NCBI RefSeq assembly: GCF_964355755.1
Contig: NC_092677.1
Span: forward strand, 13,972,101-14,036,100
Length of the DNA stretch: 64,000 bases
Source of the DNA: Antedon mediterranea
Taxonomy: Eukaryota > Animalia > Echinodermata
Reading direction: 5' to 3'
The notes under the pieces were generated by a model. The model ran no database searches. It worked only from the letters and a program-made list of their open reading frames with translations, and had not been told where the DNA came from. Shown here in pieces: positions 25,901 through 40,584 of this stretch. Position 1 is the first letter of the stretch. Every line of letters begins with the position of its first letter. The translations under genes were made by a program, and so were the position numbers.

Positions 25901-28900
25901 TGCACAATCTTCGGATGAAATTTTGCTAAAATGACAGCCTAAATAAATTGAATTCAATCAAAATAATTCTTAAGCATAACTTTAAAAGTCATTTTCAGTG
26001 AAATTGTAGATTATCAAACAAGTAGAATGTGATTTCAGCTTGATGTAATCAATAAAAACATTTTGCAGAACATAATCGATGAATATCTAGTGATGCGGTG
26101 TGTTCACACTCTCAGCTGCCTCATAATATCATGCTTCAACGACATTTGTTAACAGCAAACATAATAAAGTCTGTAGTAACATAATAAGGAGTGTGAACAT
26201 AGGTGTAAAACAAAGGGCCCGATTTACGATTAGTCTGCTCTCCATATGATGTTGATATTGGCTAGCTAGGAAGTTAGCATAGTCACTGATTGTATGCGTA
26301 TCTCGCAAATAAAGCGTCTTTTTTAGCAGGATGCGTTTATTTTATGCAGCTATTTTGGTTTAACTTTAGTCTACTTTTTCTGTTATTTTGTAAACTTAAA
26401 TTATTTTGAAATTCTCAAAAATACTGAAAATTAAAATTGTACAAACTTTTATCAAAGGTTTTGAAAAAACCCTGTGTACTACTGTATTAATGAAATTCTG
26501 TAAATTACATTACTGTATGTAGCATATGGAGCACAAGTTGGTCATACAGTGCCTTAGATTGCCCATGAAACCATATCATATGACTTCACATTGCAGGCTT
26601 AAATGGGTTTGCCAAAGCCTTCTAAACTATAAGCATACTGTACAGTAGCTTAAAATTGATAGTCAAACTTCATCAGATTTTCATACTCGTCACGTCAACT
26701 GTTGTTCAACACTGTCTACATTCAGCATGTCAATACAGGTATCTGATATACTAGTATGCCTCAAAAGTTAACATTAGATGCTTTTTGAATAATTTAGATA
26801 TGATATTACACCAAGGTTGTGCCGATCAAATTTAAAAAACCTTTTTTTTTTTAAAGTAAAGTATGTTTACTGTAATACATGCTTTAGAATGCTAGAAATA
26901 AAGAATTGATGATGACATGGAATTAAGTTTTACTCAGGATTTAATAAGTGTATTTTCTGTAGATACTGTAGAATTGGAAAAAAGGTTTATTTCCCTTGAT
27001 AGCATGCAGGCAACAATCTTGTAAAAATTGTAATGGAAATTATTTTGTATATTTGGCTGTGTGCAGCTGTTTTGGAAATGCAAAATGGAAAGATATACTG
27101 TGCTCATTGGGAATTTTATTTTACAAAACAAATATATGATCCATAAGAGAAGTTATTATTCAGGATGTAGAGATTGATAAGAGCAAAGTTCTCTGATTTT
27201 ATTTTTTAATATACAGTAGAATGAAATGTCTGTGTGTTTTAATTGCAATCTAATCTTGTACTCTTTAACTCAAACTTTGGTTCCTACTAGGGCGCAACGA
27301 ATCTTCTGTCATTTGTGTTTAGTAACGTACTTGTTGGCATACGTTCCAAATCTCTATTGTTTTTGTGTAAACCATGCTTTTGAAGATATTAAAACGAGAG
27401 CTGTCTGTACATAGTATTTAATCGTATTAACGTTGCTGTTTCTCCACACAGTTTTGTCCAGACAACGACCGGCAATACATCAATGTGTAGATCTTAGGTC
27501 AACAATTAAAAGCTCCCTTTTGTCTTTGCATGCAACTCTCGATTGGTCCTCATTTTTGGAAAAATCTTTTCATTTAATACCACACAGTTTCCGAGCCAAT
27601 ATTGACTCTCATTTTCTTCATTGTGATTTTAAATGCAAAAATTGTGGAATTTGTTTAAGCCTGTATTTTACCCCTAGGCTACTGGTTCCATATTTCAGGG
27701 TTCATAAAAAGGCTAAGGTCACTCTTCACTATGCTGTCATCAACAGTAATCAAATACCACTTTACCTACTTACAAAAATATAAACCAGTCAATATTCCAT
27801 TTGGCATTAACTTTTGAAAGCAATCCATTTTGAAGAAATTAAAAACAAAATTTAGAATAAACAAATTTTAATTAATACCAGCCTTGTTCCATGATTAATT
27901 AACAACAAGCTTAATTAGAGCCAACATGACAGTACAGAAAATGTCAACAAAATTAGGAAGTACAGTAGAGTATTTATTTCAGATTTACGTTTTCGAAAAG
28001 TTGTTTTAATTACTTGCAACCTTGTGAAAAAAATTAGTCGGCTTAAAAGCTGATGCGAATATGAGTATCCACGTTCTTTTTAAGTACCATAATCTGCTCC
28101 AACTAGTCATGGTACCATAATAGAATGAGCAATGCCATCTGCCTCCTGTATAAATCAAATAATATGACAGTTGTAATTTTTCTCCTCTATAAACTGTCCT
28201 TCCACCTTTAATAGCTGAGTGACTATAGGATGAATCAGACAAAAAGACGTCAGGGAACCATTGCTGTTTCCCCCTGAGGAACGAAGCAGGCTTGATGCAC
28301 CAACCTAATATGGGGCTTGTGAGTGCTTAGAAGAAATCAGATACTATAAAAAAATCCTGGTGACTTATTGATGGCTCCATTAGCAATAAGTAGTGAAGAT
28401 TTTAATGATTTCTATAATATGTTTTATATCCTAAATGATTTTCTTGAACTCCATTCTTTGTCCAAGTCATCCGTAATAAAATAGATTTACCTTTATTATA
28501 TTATTTTAATTTATATTGTGAAATTAGTTTTTGTTTTTACTTATTTCTTTCCTTTAAGTATCACTAAAAATTAATGTATTCATATAGAAATTTGATAAAA
28601 TGAATACATACAGTAGGATCTTCCTTTATAAACTTCATAGCCTTTCACAGTATTACAGTATATATTTATTTATTTGCAATTAAACCATTTAGATCGGTGG
28701 CACACTTAGCACAAAGGTGTAAAATATAACAATTAATTAATTTACATACAGAAAAGTATAAAGGCAAAAACATCAATATATTATGATGACAATATACTAA
28801 TTTTAATATTTTAACAGAACCATGATATTCCCATAATATCAATATTTTTTTGCCAATTATTTTATCAAAGATAAAATGACATTTTATGGTAATATACTGT

Positions 28901-29750
28901 AATTGCATTTTTGTAAAAAGAGGAATAAATACAACTTTAGTACTGCAGTAAACCTTTTATATTCTCACATTCGAGAATCTAGCTATTACAGTAAATTGTA
29001 GAGGGCGCTAGTATACATTTGTGTAACATGTGCAGAGTAAGAGTAAAGATTGAAAAATCTTAAAATCATAAAGGTTTCATTTCAAATAAAGACAGTACAG
29101 GCATGCATCCATACCAAATATATATTTTAATATTGCTACATGTCCAAAGGTAGAGAATTGTAAAGAAAGTGTAAACAAATGGAAAATATACGCCAACCAA
29201 TATGTAACTTTGCTATCATTGTGTTTTGTTTGTTAGAATAGTTTAACAGTAATATATTCAAATATTAAATTCACCATATAAAGGTGTCGGGCAAATTTTT
29301 TAAAAAGGGTTCCTTTTCAATAAAGCATTTGCATATTGGAGAACAGTCTTGCCAGTTTTCGCTCAGATCTCCTTTCTGAAACTTCTCAAAATGTTATATT
29401 ATGTTAACTTATTTTACAAACTCCCTGGTTATACCACAGGATTATTAGAAATGTACTTTCAGAAATGGAACCTAATTAGCATGTTGTTATTGACTGTTCT
29501 GTCGCATCAACATTGAATAAATAGTCCATCTTCATGCTACATTGACTCGGATGATGATCTTGTCATAAAAATGATTGGATTATGAAAAATTAATTGAGAC
29601 AATTATGCATCAAGGTTTAAATCATGTATTTATCCTTCTTAAATTATCCTACTAAACAAACAATATTCACAGGATAATTTGCTTTATAATTGCAGTAATT
29701 GAAGTTTATTGATGCAGTGCTTTGTTTACTCATGCGTTTACTTCAGATCA

Positions 29751-29808
29751 GTTTGAGCATGGAGGAAACTCCATGGTTTGAGCAGGGAGTTGAACTCCCT
29801 GGTTTGAG
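29751..29808. repeat. Two 18-19 bp palindromes separated and flanked by 7-bp direct repeats GTTTGAG
   Basis: GTTTGAG-CATGGAGgaaaCTCCATG-GTTTGAG-CAGGGAGTTgAACTCCCTG-GTTTGAG. Confidence 0.9.
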
Positions 29809-32221
29809 TGAACATTGATATTGTAACTGTATGATCAGACTTTGATTGAAACTTCTCCCAATGCCATGTACACTTGATATCAGCCTACTGTACTGTAGGT
29901 TAATATTTCCTCAATGATCAAATACAAAGATGTATCCATAAATATTGAATTAGCTTTTGACAATTGCTAAAACCAACTCCCTGAATACAGAAATGTCTTG
30001 CAAAACATCAATTTTTTTTGATAACTTTTATCAAAGTTCTATTGTCTTTTTTACAAAACAAATGCATTCTAAAAAACAAACAAGATGTTTTTATACAGGA
30101 ACACCATATCTCTTGAAATTGCAAGATTTATTTTTAGATCTATACAATCTTTATTTTACATCGTTAGTAGGTGCCATGTCACTGAATAAATAAACTATAC
30201 GAACTTATTCATGGTAGTTTTCTGAGGAAGTACTCTACACAAATAGAAAGTTACTGTATATTAGGAATGTCATCTTAAAGAATATCAATTGTCGTTAGAC
30301 ATCTAGCCCATTCTATTTTGTGCCAATTTTTTCTGTCATGGGCCAGGTACCTGTATGTCTCAAGTAAGCCAGCCTTATTTAATACTGTTTTCAAGTCATC
30401 CTGATGTATTGTTCCTCAAAACTAAAAGAAAAAACTTTGAATAGGCATATTTTAGTTTTAAAATGTATTCACATTGGTAAGAACATAAAATAATGATTCT
30501 TGTTTTGTTTTATTCCAAATTTTGGCCAAAGTGAATAATCAATTTCTTTTTTTTTCTTTAGACTATTTTTTCAGATGGGCAATCTTTTTAACTAAAAAAT
30601 TCCCAGTATGTTTTATAGGTATTTAGGGTAAAAAGTTGAATTTTATGAATTTATTGTTGATTTCAGAGTGCCAACCCCCACAAAGCTTGTCCTAGAAATG
30701 ATGGTAATAAATCAAAGTGATTTGTTTTCATTTTAAATATGTTTTGATAGATAAAAAATGCTAGATATCACAACAATGGATTTACAAATATGTTTCATAA
30801 GAATGAGGAAGTTCGATGTACAGTACAGTAATACTACAGTAGTATCCTTCTTTTGTACAGTATTATAAAGTTATACAGTATCATCCTAAAAGAAATGGTG
30901 TTCCATAAATTGACAGGCACAGAACAAATTCTAAACTGTCTGGTGTTACTTTTATACTAAATATCAATTAATTAAAATATGAAAAAATTATAAAAATATT
31001 AAGGAAATCTGTTAAAATTAGAACCGAGATTTGTATGCAGATGCTACCATTAGACCACTGGGCTCATCATGGTATTTTTCAAATTTGATTAGATAGCGAA
31101 TCTTTACACTTTCAGCGTATATATACAAAGTACTGAACAACAATCAAAACTTAACCAACAATCTAAACATTTTATTCACTGTACATGTAATTCATACAGT
31201 AATATTTACTAAAATTTATTATGGAAAATTCTTGTTGGACCATTTTTTTTTTTTTTCTATCCCTTTAAAATAACACATTATTGAACATTTTGATATTTTT
31301 TACTGAATAATGGTAACAACTAGTTTTATTTTAGAGTAACACATTTCTGTTTTGTTCCCAAAATAACTGCTGTGTGTGTGTACAGTACAGTATGTTAAAA
31401 AAGTTATTAAAGTGAGCAGACATCTTTTACCTCCAACGTTGAAACTAAATAACTCTTAAGTTGCTGCTTATTATTATTATTATACAGCTCATTACTGAAG
31501 TTTAAACATGTTTATTATTTATTTGAGAGCTCTTTGTTTTTTCTACTGTTTTTCCAGAACCTGCTAAACTCTCTGTTTACTTTTAGCTTGATTTGTAGTT
31601 TGTTGAGAGTACATTCAGAGTTAGTTAATGTTTAGATTCGTGTGTACAGTACTTGGAATTTAGTAATCATAGAACATAAGCTGACGTAAGCAAATACTTG
31701 ATGAAAGAAATATAGTTAGTTAGGCTAGTGTGAACGAAATGTGATGAATGATTTTATTGCTTTAAAAAAAAAACGCTTGTGATGAAAATAAAATTCTAGT
31801 AGTGACAGCCAGTAATTTTGAATATTTCAATTCAGGTCTGCTTCCTGAAAACAACCAAATAAACCTAGTTTGTAATTTGAAACAGTTGACAGGTTGTCAA
31901 CAAAGTGTTGTTGAGGTATACAGTACTATCATATTGTATTTATTCAAATTAATGCCCCAGGGCAAGAGGTTTTTTAGGTGGGTGGGGGGAGTTTATTTGT
32001 TGGGTGTGGCTGGTAAATACCCCTCAGATATAATATGAAAAATACAACACAATTATTTATTTATTTATTTAGGAAGTGATGACATAAGGTAAAAATTGTA
32101 TCAAAATGCTTGGTAAATTTTAGATCACTTGTCAATCAATGAATTGTACTAACAAATAGAAATATGTTGTAATACAATATTGTGTATATACTGTATGCAT
32201 GTGGCAGGGTGTTTAGTCAAT

Positions 32222-32340
32222 GGAAATAAACGCACCGGGGAATTTAATTGAGGTTGGTGTTTGTTCCAAAGAATTATCTATGGGTGGGGGTGTTTATTTG
32301 AGGGGAGAATTTATTCAAAGTGGGGCGATTATTATTTAAT
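32222..32340. repeat. Decayed DNA-transposon (pogo/mariner-MITE-like) remnant; related fragment 49425-49465
   Basis: AATAAACGC and repeated GGGG(T/C)GTTTATT motifs; 49425-49465 has GAATAAACGCCTCCC. Confidence 0.35.
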
Positions 32341-33373
32341 ATATGTGCATGAAAAAAACCCTACGGCTTTAAACTCTAGATATATTCCATGTTCACTGCC
32401 TTAAGTAGGTCAGACACAAAATGTATGCTGTGTGGATTTCTGTAGGCCTACAGTTTAAAGTGTTATCAAACTGTACTTAGTCCAAAATAGTACCAAATCA
32501 TCACTTGCATTCTACCTGGTTCATGAATTATTTCAAAATAAAAATGTTTAAAAAGAATACAGAAAATTCTTCCACTGTCAGTGTCAGATCTTAATAAATT
32601 GTAATCTCTAAAAAGATGTTGACATTTAATTTAATAAAAACAACAAATTTGATTGTTCTGTCTTGAATAGACAAGTATATTGTATAGATAAATTGATGAC
32701 ACACCTACCATTGGATGTTTCGCAACATTAAAGAGAATAGAACATTTCCTACCGGTATCATTCTTAATGGGTGTGTCATCATCTCACATTACGGTATTTC
32801 ATTTGATGAAACTTACAAAGCCTTCATCTTCAAACTTACTTTGGTGATTGGTGATTGTTTTTCTATACATCGCAATATCATTCCTTGGTTTACTAGGCGT
32901 ACAGTAATGTGCCTTGGGGAGGTCTAACACACATGACACAAATATTTGCTGTGGCTTCTTTCTCCCTAATTAAACCATGCAACATGAAACTGATCTACAA
33001 TTTATCTACTTTAACATTTTATTTTTTACAAAATGAAAATGTTTTTAACAACCAACAAATTCTCAAAATACTTTCAACAGTTTGGTCAAAGTTTGTATTC
33101 CCTCTGTTAGATTGGAAACAGTTTAGAAATTACTTTATTGATCAGATTTATTAATTAATCAATTTGTTTTCATCAGCAATGACAATAAATGGAATGGTTG
33201 ATGTCAATGGCATGTTTTATTTATTCCTTCTCTCTTCGGTACAGATATTTTCTGCATATACTCTGTAAATGATGTAGATATATTAAAATTGAATTGAAAT
33301 TTGTATGATTTGTAATGATGGTCTGTAACACATTTAACACTGTTTGACTGGCATTACATTTGTTTACAAACTA

Positions 33374-33422
33374 AGGCTCTGTCTACACTACAAATACTGT
33401 AGTTTGATAGTGTAGACAGCTT
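33374..33422. repeat. Collapsed MITE / short inverted repeat
   Basis: GGCTCTGTCTACACTACAAA ... TTTGATAGTGTAGACAGC; the arms pair over ~16 bp. Confidence 0.55.
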
Positions 33423-34024
33423 ACACCTGTCATAATTTGAAGATCATATAATAACCCAATAAAATAATGTCTTGAAATGAATATCATATGTGCTGGTCAT
33501 GACACTGTGTTATGTTTGACTTACATCATACCATATGTCAATCAAATATTTACTTTATAGAAATCTCTATAAATTGACGTCATTGTAGAACTGCTTTTGT
33601 ACTAGTACGTAAAACTGGTTGAATAGAGAGGTGAATGTACAGTAGTACGTAAATAAATTGGGTCTAAATTGTTATGTTGCCCAAGCCCAACCAACCCAAT
33701 TTATTCAAAGCCAGGGTCAGCTTTTTGTGTGTGTAATGTAATTAAATCGTGTTTGTCCTATATTTTAGATTTAGATTTTTTTCTTATCCTATTTTATTAT
33801 CTATTTTATTATCTATTTTATTACATTATATTTTATTATAATTTATTATGTGAAATTAAAATGGCATATTAAAAAACAAAGTGTTTTAAATATTTGTTAA
33901 TGACGACAATTGCCGTTATTTGTTTTTGATAGGACTGTTAACTAAATTTGGGTAAACAAAAACTTACTTATTAAAAAGTAAGTGGATAACGGTTGTTATT
34001 GTAAATTATATTAAATTTGGCCTA

Positions 34025-34936
34025 GCCTAGTATTATCAAATTTGCAGGCTACACACCAGGCTTTTGGAATTTTATAGTTGATTTATACTGTTATAATACT
34101 GCACGTTTTTAAATTGTTGCAATATTGTTGTTTTAATCTACCAAGCAAAGTGAATTTCCATTTTTATGGACAAATAAAATTTCTTGAATCTTGAATCTTA
34201 TACAAGAGACTACTTGTTGTAGTTTACTGTAGAACTTGGTTGAAAGGTTTAAACATTACAAACATTAATGTTACTTTAAATTGCATCATTTTATACATTA
34301 TTGGCGAATACACATTAAGGTTGAGTTCTTTCAATATTTATGTGTCTGGCGAATTACTATCCCTTTAGGCTATTGTAAATTTGATCAAATAAAAAAGGTT
34401 GATGTTCGTTTAAAACAGACTAAATTGTGCAAATTACTAAATTTTGAATGACTCAGATACTGATATTACTTTAGGGGGCAGTGATTATTTACGAGGCGGA
34501 TAGTAATTCTTTGAGATTTCCTATCGGCTTAAAAACAAATTGAATATTTTGCAATAAGCAAAATAACATTACGGAATCTTTGTCAATAATTACTTTTTGT
34601 GTTTAAATTCTTTTGTTTTTAATAAATTGTTTATTTCTTCTGTTCCAAATTGTTACCAAGGGACACATAAAAAATGCTAACCATTCTAGATGTTTTCGCC
34701 TGTAAATTACAATCATATAATTGTATTGTTTTCTGTATATCTTGTGTAGATTCGTATTCATTCATTACAAGCTCACTCCAAAAAGTGATTTTGGCACTGT
34801 TTATAAAACTTTTTAAAAATGGCTGATGTAGTTTGACTTTAGCTGGGCTTCATATGGGAAGAGGATAGTGTTGGCCTAGTATTATCAAATTCGCAGGCTA
34901 CACACCAGGCTTTTAGAATATTATAGTTGATTTATA
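34025..34936. repeat. ~62-bp direct repeat pair (34025-34086, 34874-34936) bracketing ~790 bp that includes a LINE-like 3' tail
   Basis: GCCTAGTATTATCAAATT(T/C)GCAGGCTACACACCAGGCTTTT(G/A)GAAT(T/A)TTATAGTTGATTTATA occurs twice; AATAAA plus (CTTGAAT)2 at ~34172-34198. Confidence 0.85.
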
Positions 34937-37606
34937 ATAATTCTATGCAAATTGTGCAAAATTTTTTTTACTGACGAGATTCAAAGAACCGGTTTTCTGT
35001 CGCAGCAGCATGTTTTTGGTGCTTTATTAAACATTTAATAAACAAAGCATTTTATATTTTCAAGATATGCTGACATTGACCCACTGAATTCATTGGTCCA
35101 TCTTTCCTTTCAAAAATTGTCTCCAATGTAGGTGGGCTTAATTATAAGTCATTCATTTTATATTGTCGTTTTGTGTTATTTTTGGAGTTTTATGCTTATT
35201 TTTGGATGGGATTTTATGTTTTGTGGTGGAACAGTGGGTGTACTGTACTTATCCACAGTAAAAGTACTACAAGTGAGGCTTTATTGACTAGTTCAAGGAC
35301 ACTGACTCATGGACTTGACAGCAGTCCGAATTATACTATATCATACTTTGTACATTAACAGAGAAATCATTGCAATTAATAAGTTCTAAACCATTTCTTG
35401 AACCTGTAAGTGCATTGTACATACAGTATGGCACTTGTGAATAAATGTACAATTCTCGCGTGTTAATGTTTGTAAAAATGGGATTTTTCGTAGACTGTAG
35501 ACTGTCAGTCATCTGCTTATATAATAGTTTGTGTAATTAGTTGATTATTGTGAATTAGACATTTTTTATTGTAGTTTTTCTAAATTTAATTGTCTGATAC
35601 ATAAGTTGGTTAGATAATTTTAAATAATTTTAAATTACAGTATTTTATTAATGTTTAAATATGAATCTAATTGTTATATACTGTAGTTCTTATTTATACA
35701 GTATATGTATATTTTCATCGTGTAATTGGTGTTTTACACTGTTGGATGTACAATAAATAAAAATAAAATAAATACAGTACTTTCCAGACGGGCCTTGCTC
35801 CTTACTGTACATTGCAGGGAACAGTGCGGTGGAATCATCTTTGTTGTTTTTTGTTTATTTTTGTGCAAATAAAATAATATTTAAAACATAAAATGTAGGT
35901 CAAAAATTAATTTAACTTTATATTAGAAAGTGACTCACCTTGTGGTACCAACCAGTATGCCTATTATCAATATGTTGAAAACAATTTTTCAAAAGGACTA
36001 ATCAGAAACATCCTGGGATTTAAGAGTGGATTGGACATAGGACTGTTTAATTCAAGGTCAAGCACCTGGACAACTAAACCACAAACTTTTTATTAAATAT
36101 ATTTTAGTAAAAATACATTTTCAGCAAAGTTGACAAAATGTTTATTTTGCGTCCAAAATTAGATTGACTGTGTCTGATACAATTATAGGCTCAGTGTGTG
36201 ATGATGTATGCACAGGGGGTGGTGTTTTGTTGTGACTGTGGAGATCAGTTTACGTTATACAGTACAGTATGTACTGATGTCTAGGCACATTGAACAATGT
36301 TAAAAAATGGCCTGTGATGTCATCGACGGAAACATGAGGCCATGTTTATAATATTTGTCACTCATATGAGGAATGTTAATTTTTTTTTTGCTAGAATGTG
36401 GTGGTCTATTGTTTATTTGGAATGTTGAAAAAATGAATTATTATTAACATAGCAAGCCCCATGAAATATTATTAAAAGTTTAATGTCTACTAAACATATA
36501 CAGTAGTCCTGGCAAAAGGAATGTGCCGTAGATAAATGTTGGTACAAGTGTTGGTATATAATTAAATATTCATAAAGTGATATGATTAGTATTTAATACA
36601 TGAATTTGAGAAGAAAGAAAAAGGTTTTATTTAATTAACCACACATAAAGAAATTATAATTAATAATTGTCCATTGTTGTATGGACCTAGTCTAGTATAT
36701 AGAATGGTCAACAATATACTTCCTACTGTATGCTGTTGTCATAGTTACCTATGTGGTTATTCCTGACCTATGTGTGACATCACTACCTCATATTATCCTA
36801 GGACCTTGTAGGAGGTCCATAGCAAAAGTTAGTATAAAGTTTCTAAAGTTGTTTTCATTAAAGGTATAAATATTCATAAAGCTTCCTTTGACATCACAGT
36901 TTACCTTGCTTTGATAACCTTATCAAAGGTCATCTTTTCCAAGAAACTAATGAATAATTAATGAGGTATTTATGTTTAGCCCAATAAGGTTGTGTTTATA
37001 AGTGTCTAAATATGAATATGTATAAAGTCTACAAATTCCATTGCTTGTGTGGAGTATCCTTGTCTGGATGGTGAATCCAAAGAGGAAATCCTGTATACCG
37101 GAAATGGGTGATAGAGTTAGAAATACGTAGGTGTATATTGACAGTTGAGAGTATAAGTACTTTGGTATAAGATTATCTGACTCACTTGGCATTCAGGTAT
37201 TTGTTGTATGGGATGTATAGCTGTTGGTGATAGGAATTATGTCCATTATTTACACAAAGGATAGTTTAAATATGGTTGTAGATGAGTGTAATAATTCTAA
37301 GGTAAAATATATTTATTTAATTTTTAGCTGATGATAATAGTTTGCTTTGTGTACAGTGTACCTTTATATTTGAGGGTATGGCCATAAATCATGTTACTGT
37401 GTCTTTATTTTTCATGTTCAATAAACTCTTCAATGTTCTTAAAATAAAATAAATAATGTAACATAACATAATGTACATTGAATTTGTTACTTTATATTAT
37501 ACTATAGTGCAGGTATTTTACTAAAATATTCTTTTTATTTGCTTAAAAACTATAAATACAGTAATTGGAGATTTATTAATAACAAAATATTTTTTATATC
37601 TTACAG

Positions 37607-37837
37607 CATGCTTTGGCTAAAGCCTTGTATGACAATAAATCTGAGGCTCCGGATGAACTTGCTTTTAAGAAAGGCGACAGAATCATTGTGATCGAACAAA
37701 ACACTGGTGGTCTTGAGGGATGGTGGCTTTGTTCATTAAATGGTCGTCAAGGCATAGCCCCAGGAAACAGGCTGCAGATTATTCCAGGAGTTTACGATAA
37801 TGGTTCTGGTAGCCGATTTGCTGGCAGTCCTAGAAAG
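37607..37837 (+). CDS. BCAR1: Cas-family adaptor (p130Cas/BCAR1-NEDD9 homolog), SH3-domain exon
   Basis: Acceptor tcttacag|, donor AAG|gtaata, 231 nt, phase 0/0. HALAKALYDNKSEAPDELAFKKGD..QNTGGLEGWWLCSLNGRQGIAPGNRL matches the Cas SH3. No in-frame ATG, so an upstream start exon is required. Confidence 0.95.
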
Positions 37838-40584
37838 GTAATACTAATAATTTGCATATTTAAGTTGGATTTTTGCCCATTTTCTTAAATGTACTGTACT
37901 GGCAAAAAAAATGACCAATACCTCTCTGACAAAAAATTACTTTCGCTATAGTTATATTATCTAATTTGCATATTAATTATTTGTACTGTACTAGATTACG
38001 AAATAATTCACTGTACCATATTTCACAGGTTGAATTCCACATTATTTTTTGAACTACAGTACTGTAGTACATATTGTACAGTTCATTAGTTTATTATGCA
38101 ATTGCAGGTTATACTATACAGTAGTATAAATAGCAATGTATTAAGTTATTTTATAGTTGAAATAATACTGTACACTAATTTAGCCAGGCATTAAATGATC
38201 ATCTCTTCTCTTCCACAAATTATAAGTTCAATACTCACAACGATCAAATATGTATTTGCAATCAATAAAGCAAGATTATATTTTACTTAACATTTTTCTG
38301 ATTTTCTGATTACATTGGTATTACTATAAATTTAAAATCTATTATGCTTAAAATCGCAGGTCTCTGTGGGAAAATTATTAGGTGTGTTGAGGATAAATTC
38401 TTAAATATGAACAGGTGGGAATGATTTAATTTATGGAACTTAGAGCTCCTCATGCATGGGCGTGTCCACCTATCCATCTCGTAAATATTGAAATTGAACC
38501 ACTTGGTATTTCATGATTCACAGACTAGACCTTGAGCCAGTGGGCTAATGTTTCGTTACTTTCACTTTTTGATGAACTGAAAATCTATATAATTAGTAAT
38601 AGGATCATAAAAGGATAAAGTGAAGAAATCTACCTTGTGGAGATTTGTTTAATTTTGTAAGATTGGTGGTAATATTCCGAGTATTGATTTACCACAATTT
38701 CTTATTCACTCTTGGTATGGTGGTTCTTCTCTACTTTCAATTCAATATTACCCTTTAGAGGAGTTTTAAAAATTCTGTATCTAGAACTTAAGAAAGTTGG
38801 AGATTTAAATGCATTGAGAAAGAGATACTTGTAGAAAAAACCAATTCTAAAGTCAGATATTTATAGAAATGTGAGAAAATCCATTCTTCAGATAGTACGT
38901 CAGTAGATAGCTTTCTTCATTTGCTCTGATAAATAAATTTAATAATTCTGGATGACTTATGTACTATTGCAATTTCAAGCTTCACTACTTTAGTCTGACA
39001 ATAAATGAAAGTATAAAAAAAATTTGGTTGTTTTAAAAACATTTTAACATTTTAAGTTTAAATATTGTTATATAATAAGTTCATAACCATTGATAGTAGG
39101 GTTTAATACCACATTGTGCAGTATGACAGTACTGTATTAATGTACTTTTGCCTTCACAATGACATTTGTCCAAGAACTAAACCTACATTTGAAAATGAAA
39201 CAATAAAATAAATACAGTATTTTCTTAAACAATTGGCAATTCAAAGGATTTACTAAGTGTTTTGTTTGTTCAAGAACTTTTATTAGTATGTCACCTAAAT
39301 ATTTACTTTAAATAAACATTCATACAGTACTTAATAGTAAATACACAATTCTATTGATTGTTACTGTACCATATCTGTACAAAGAGGATTTCCTTTTGTA
39401 TTTAACAAGTCAAAAACTAAAGGTATTATTTACAAGGTAATCTGTTTAATAGTTAAATAATTGTTTGGTTTGAAGGTTTATGTGTCAAAGGTGTTAATTA
39501 ATGTATTTGTATTGTTTGCTTTAAAAGTTTAAAAGGATATAAGAAATGTATCAATATTTTGGTTTTCTTTGAATTGTTTTATTGTAATTTGTATTTTTTT
39601 TATTTTTTTACCTCGAGTCATTTGGCTTATTAATGACAATGCTCATTATATAAATAAATTGAACATAAAATATATTGTTGCATTATAAAAAAAAATCAAA
39701 AAGGAATCAAAAGTTTAAACAAGGTAAACAAACACATCATTCACACGTCCAGGATTGCGTCACGTCAATATTTTACCAGTTCATGAAAACACCATGATTT
39801 TGCTTCATTTGTACTGTACTGCTTCCAAGATTGAAGATGTCGATTCTTACACATTGGCATTTATTTCTTTCAAAACAAAATAATAATAAAAATTAAAGAA
39901 CATTTCTTTTAATTTACAAATATTTTATGAAATTAAAACAGACTGGAAAAGAAAGAAGTGTCCTAAAAAATGGTAATATATTTCTTTGAGGTTTGAAAGT
40001 GGCAAGATCCCAAAAAGTAAAATCAAAAGAAAAAACCAAGAGAAACTTGTGTTGGGCAAGCCAATGCCAGATTATTAATGTATGTTTTGAAATCTATAGC
40101 AGCTACAGCTATAGGCTACATTGACAATCTTCTGATATTTGACCTAGAGTATATTGAGGACCATGTCAAAATGATTTTGGGTTTTTTTTTGTGGATAATA
40201 ATATACTGTTTATTGCAGTGACTTTATTTTAAGTTGTTAAAACTAAATTCATAGGTCTTTGCAAATATGATCTACAGTAGCTAGGCCCTTACTACTGTAT
40301 AAGGTTAATGAATAGTCATGAGACCTACAGGAGTACATACTGTATAGGCTTTTCACTACTGTAAATATTATAAATGTTTTATACTCTACTTTATCTCTTT
40401 TTACAAAACAAATTGCTTCCTTTATTTTTCAATTCTTTAATACCAAACTCCCTGTGACAATGTCTAATCTATTAAGTCATCATACAAAATAACACAAGTA
40501 CAATTTACGTATCGACAATAAATTTCAGCATCTTAATGTACCTCCTTTTAGACTGAAAATTTCGGAATATTTTATTTCTGTTTC

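Noticed and set aside
31020-31068. tRNA-like A box on - (similar trace ~36030-36085)
   Set aside because: Too degraded; no cloverleaf or complete B box.
36947-37260. Possible L1/Tx1 ORF2 C-terminal remnant on -
   Set aside because: Only faint resemblance across shifting frames; no diagnostic motif intact.
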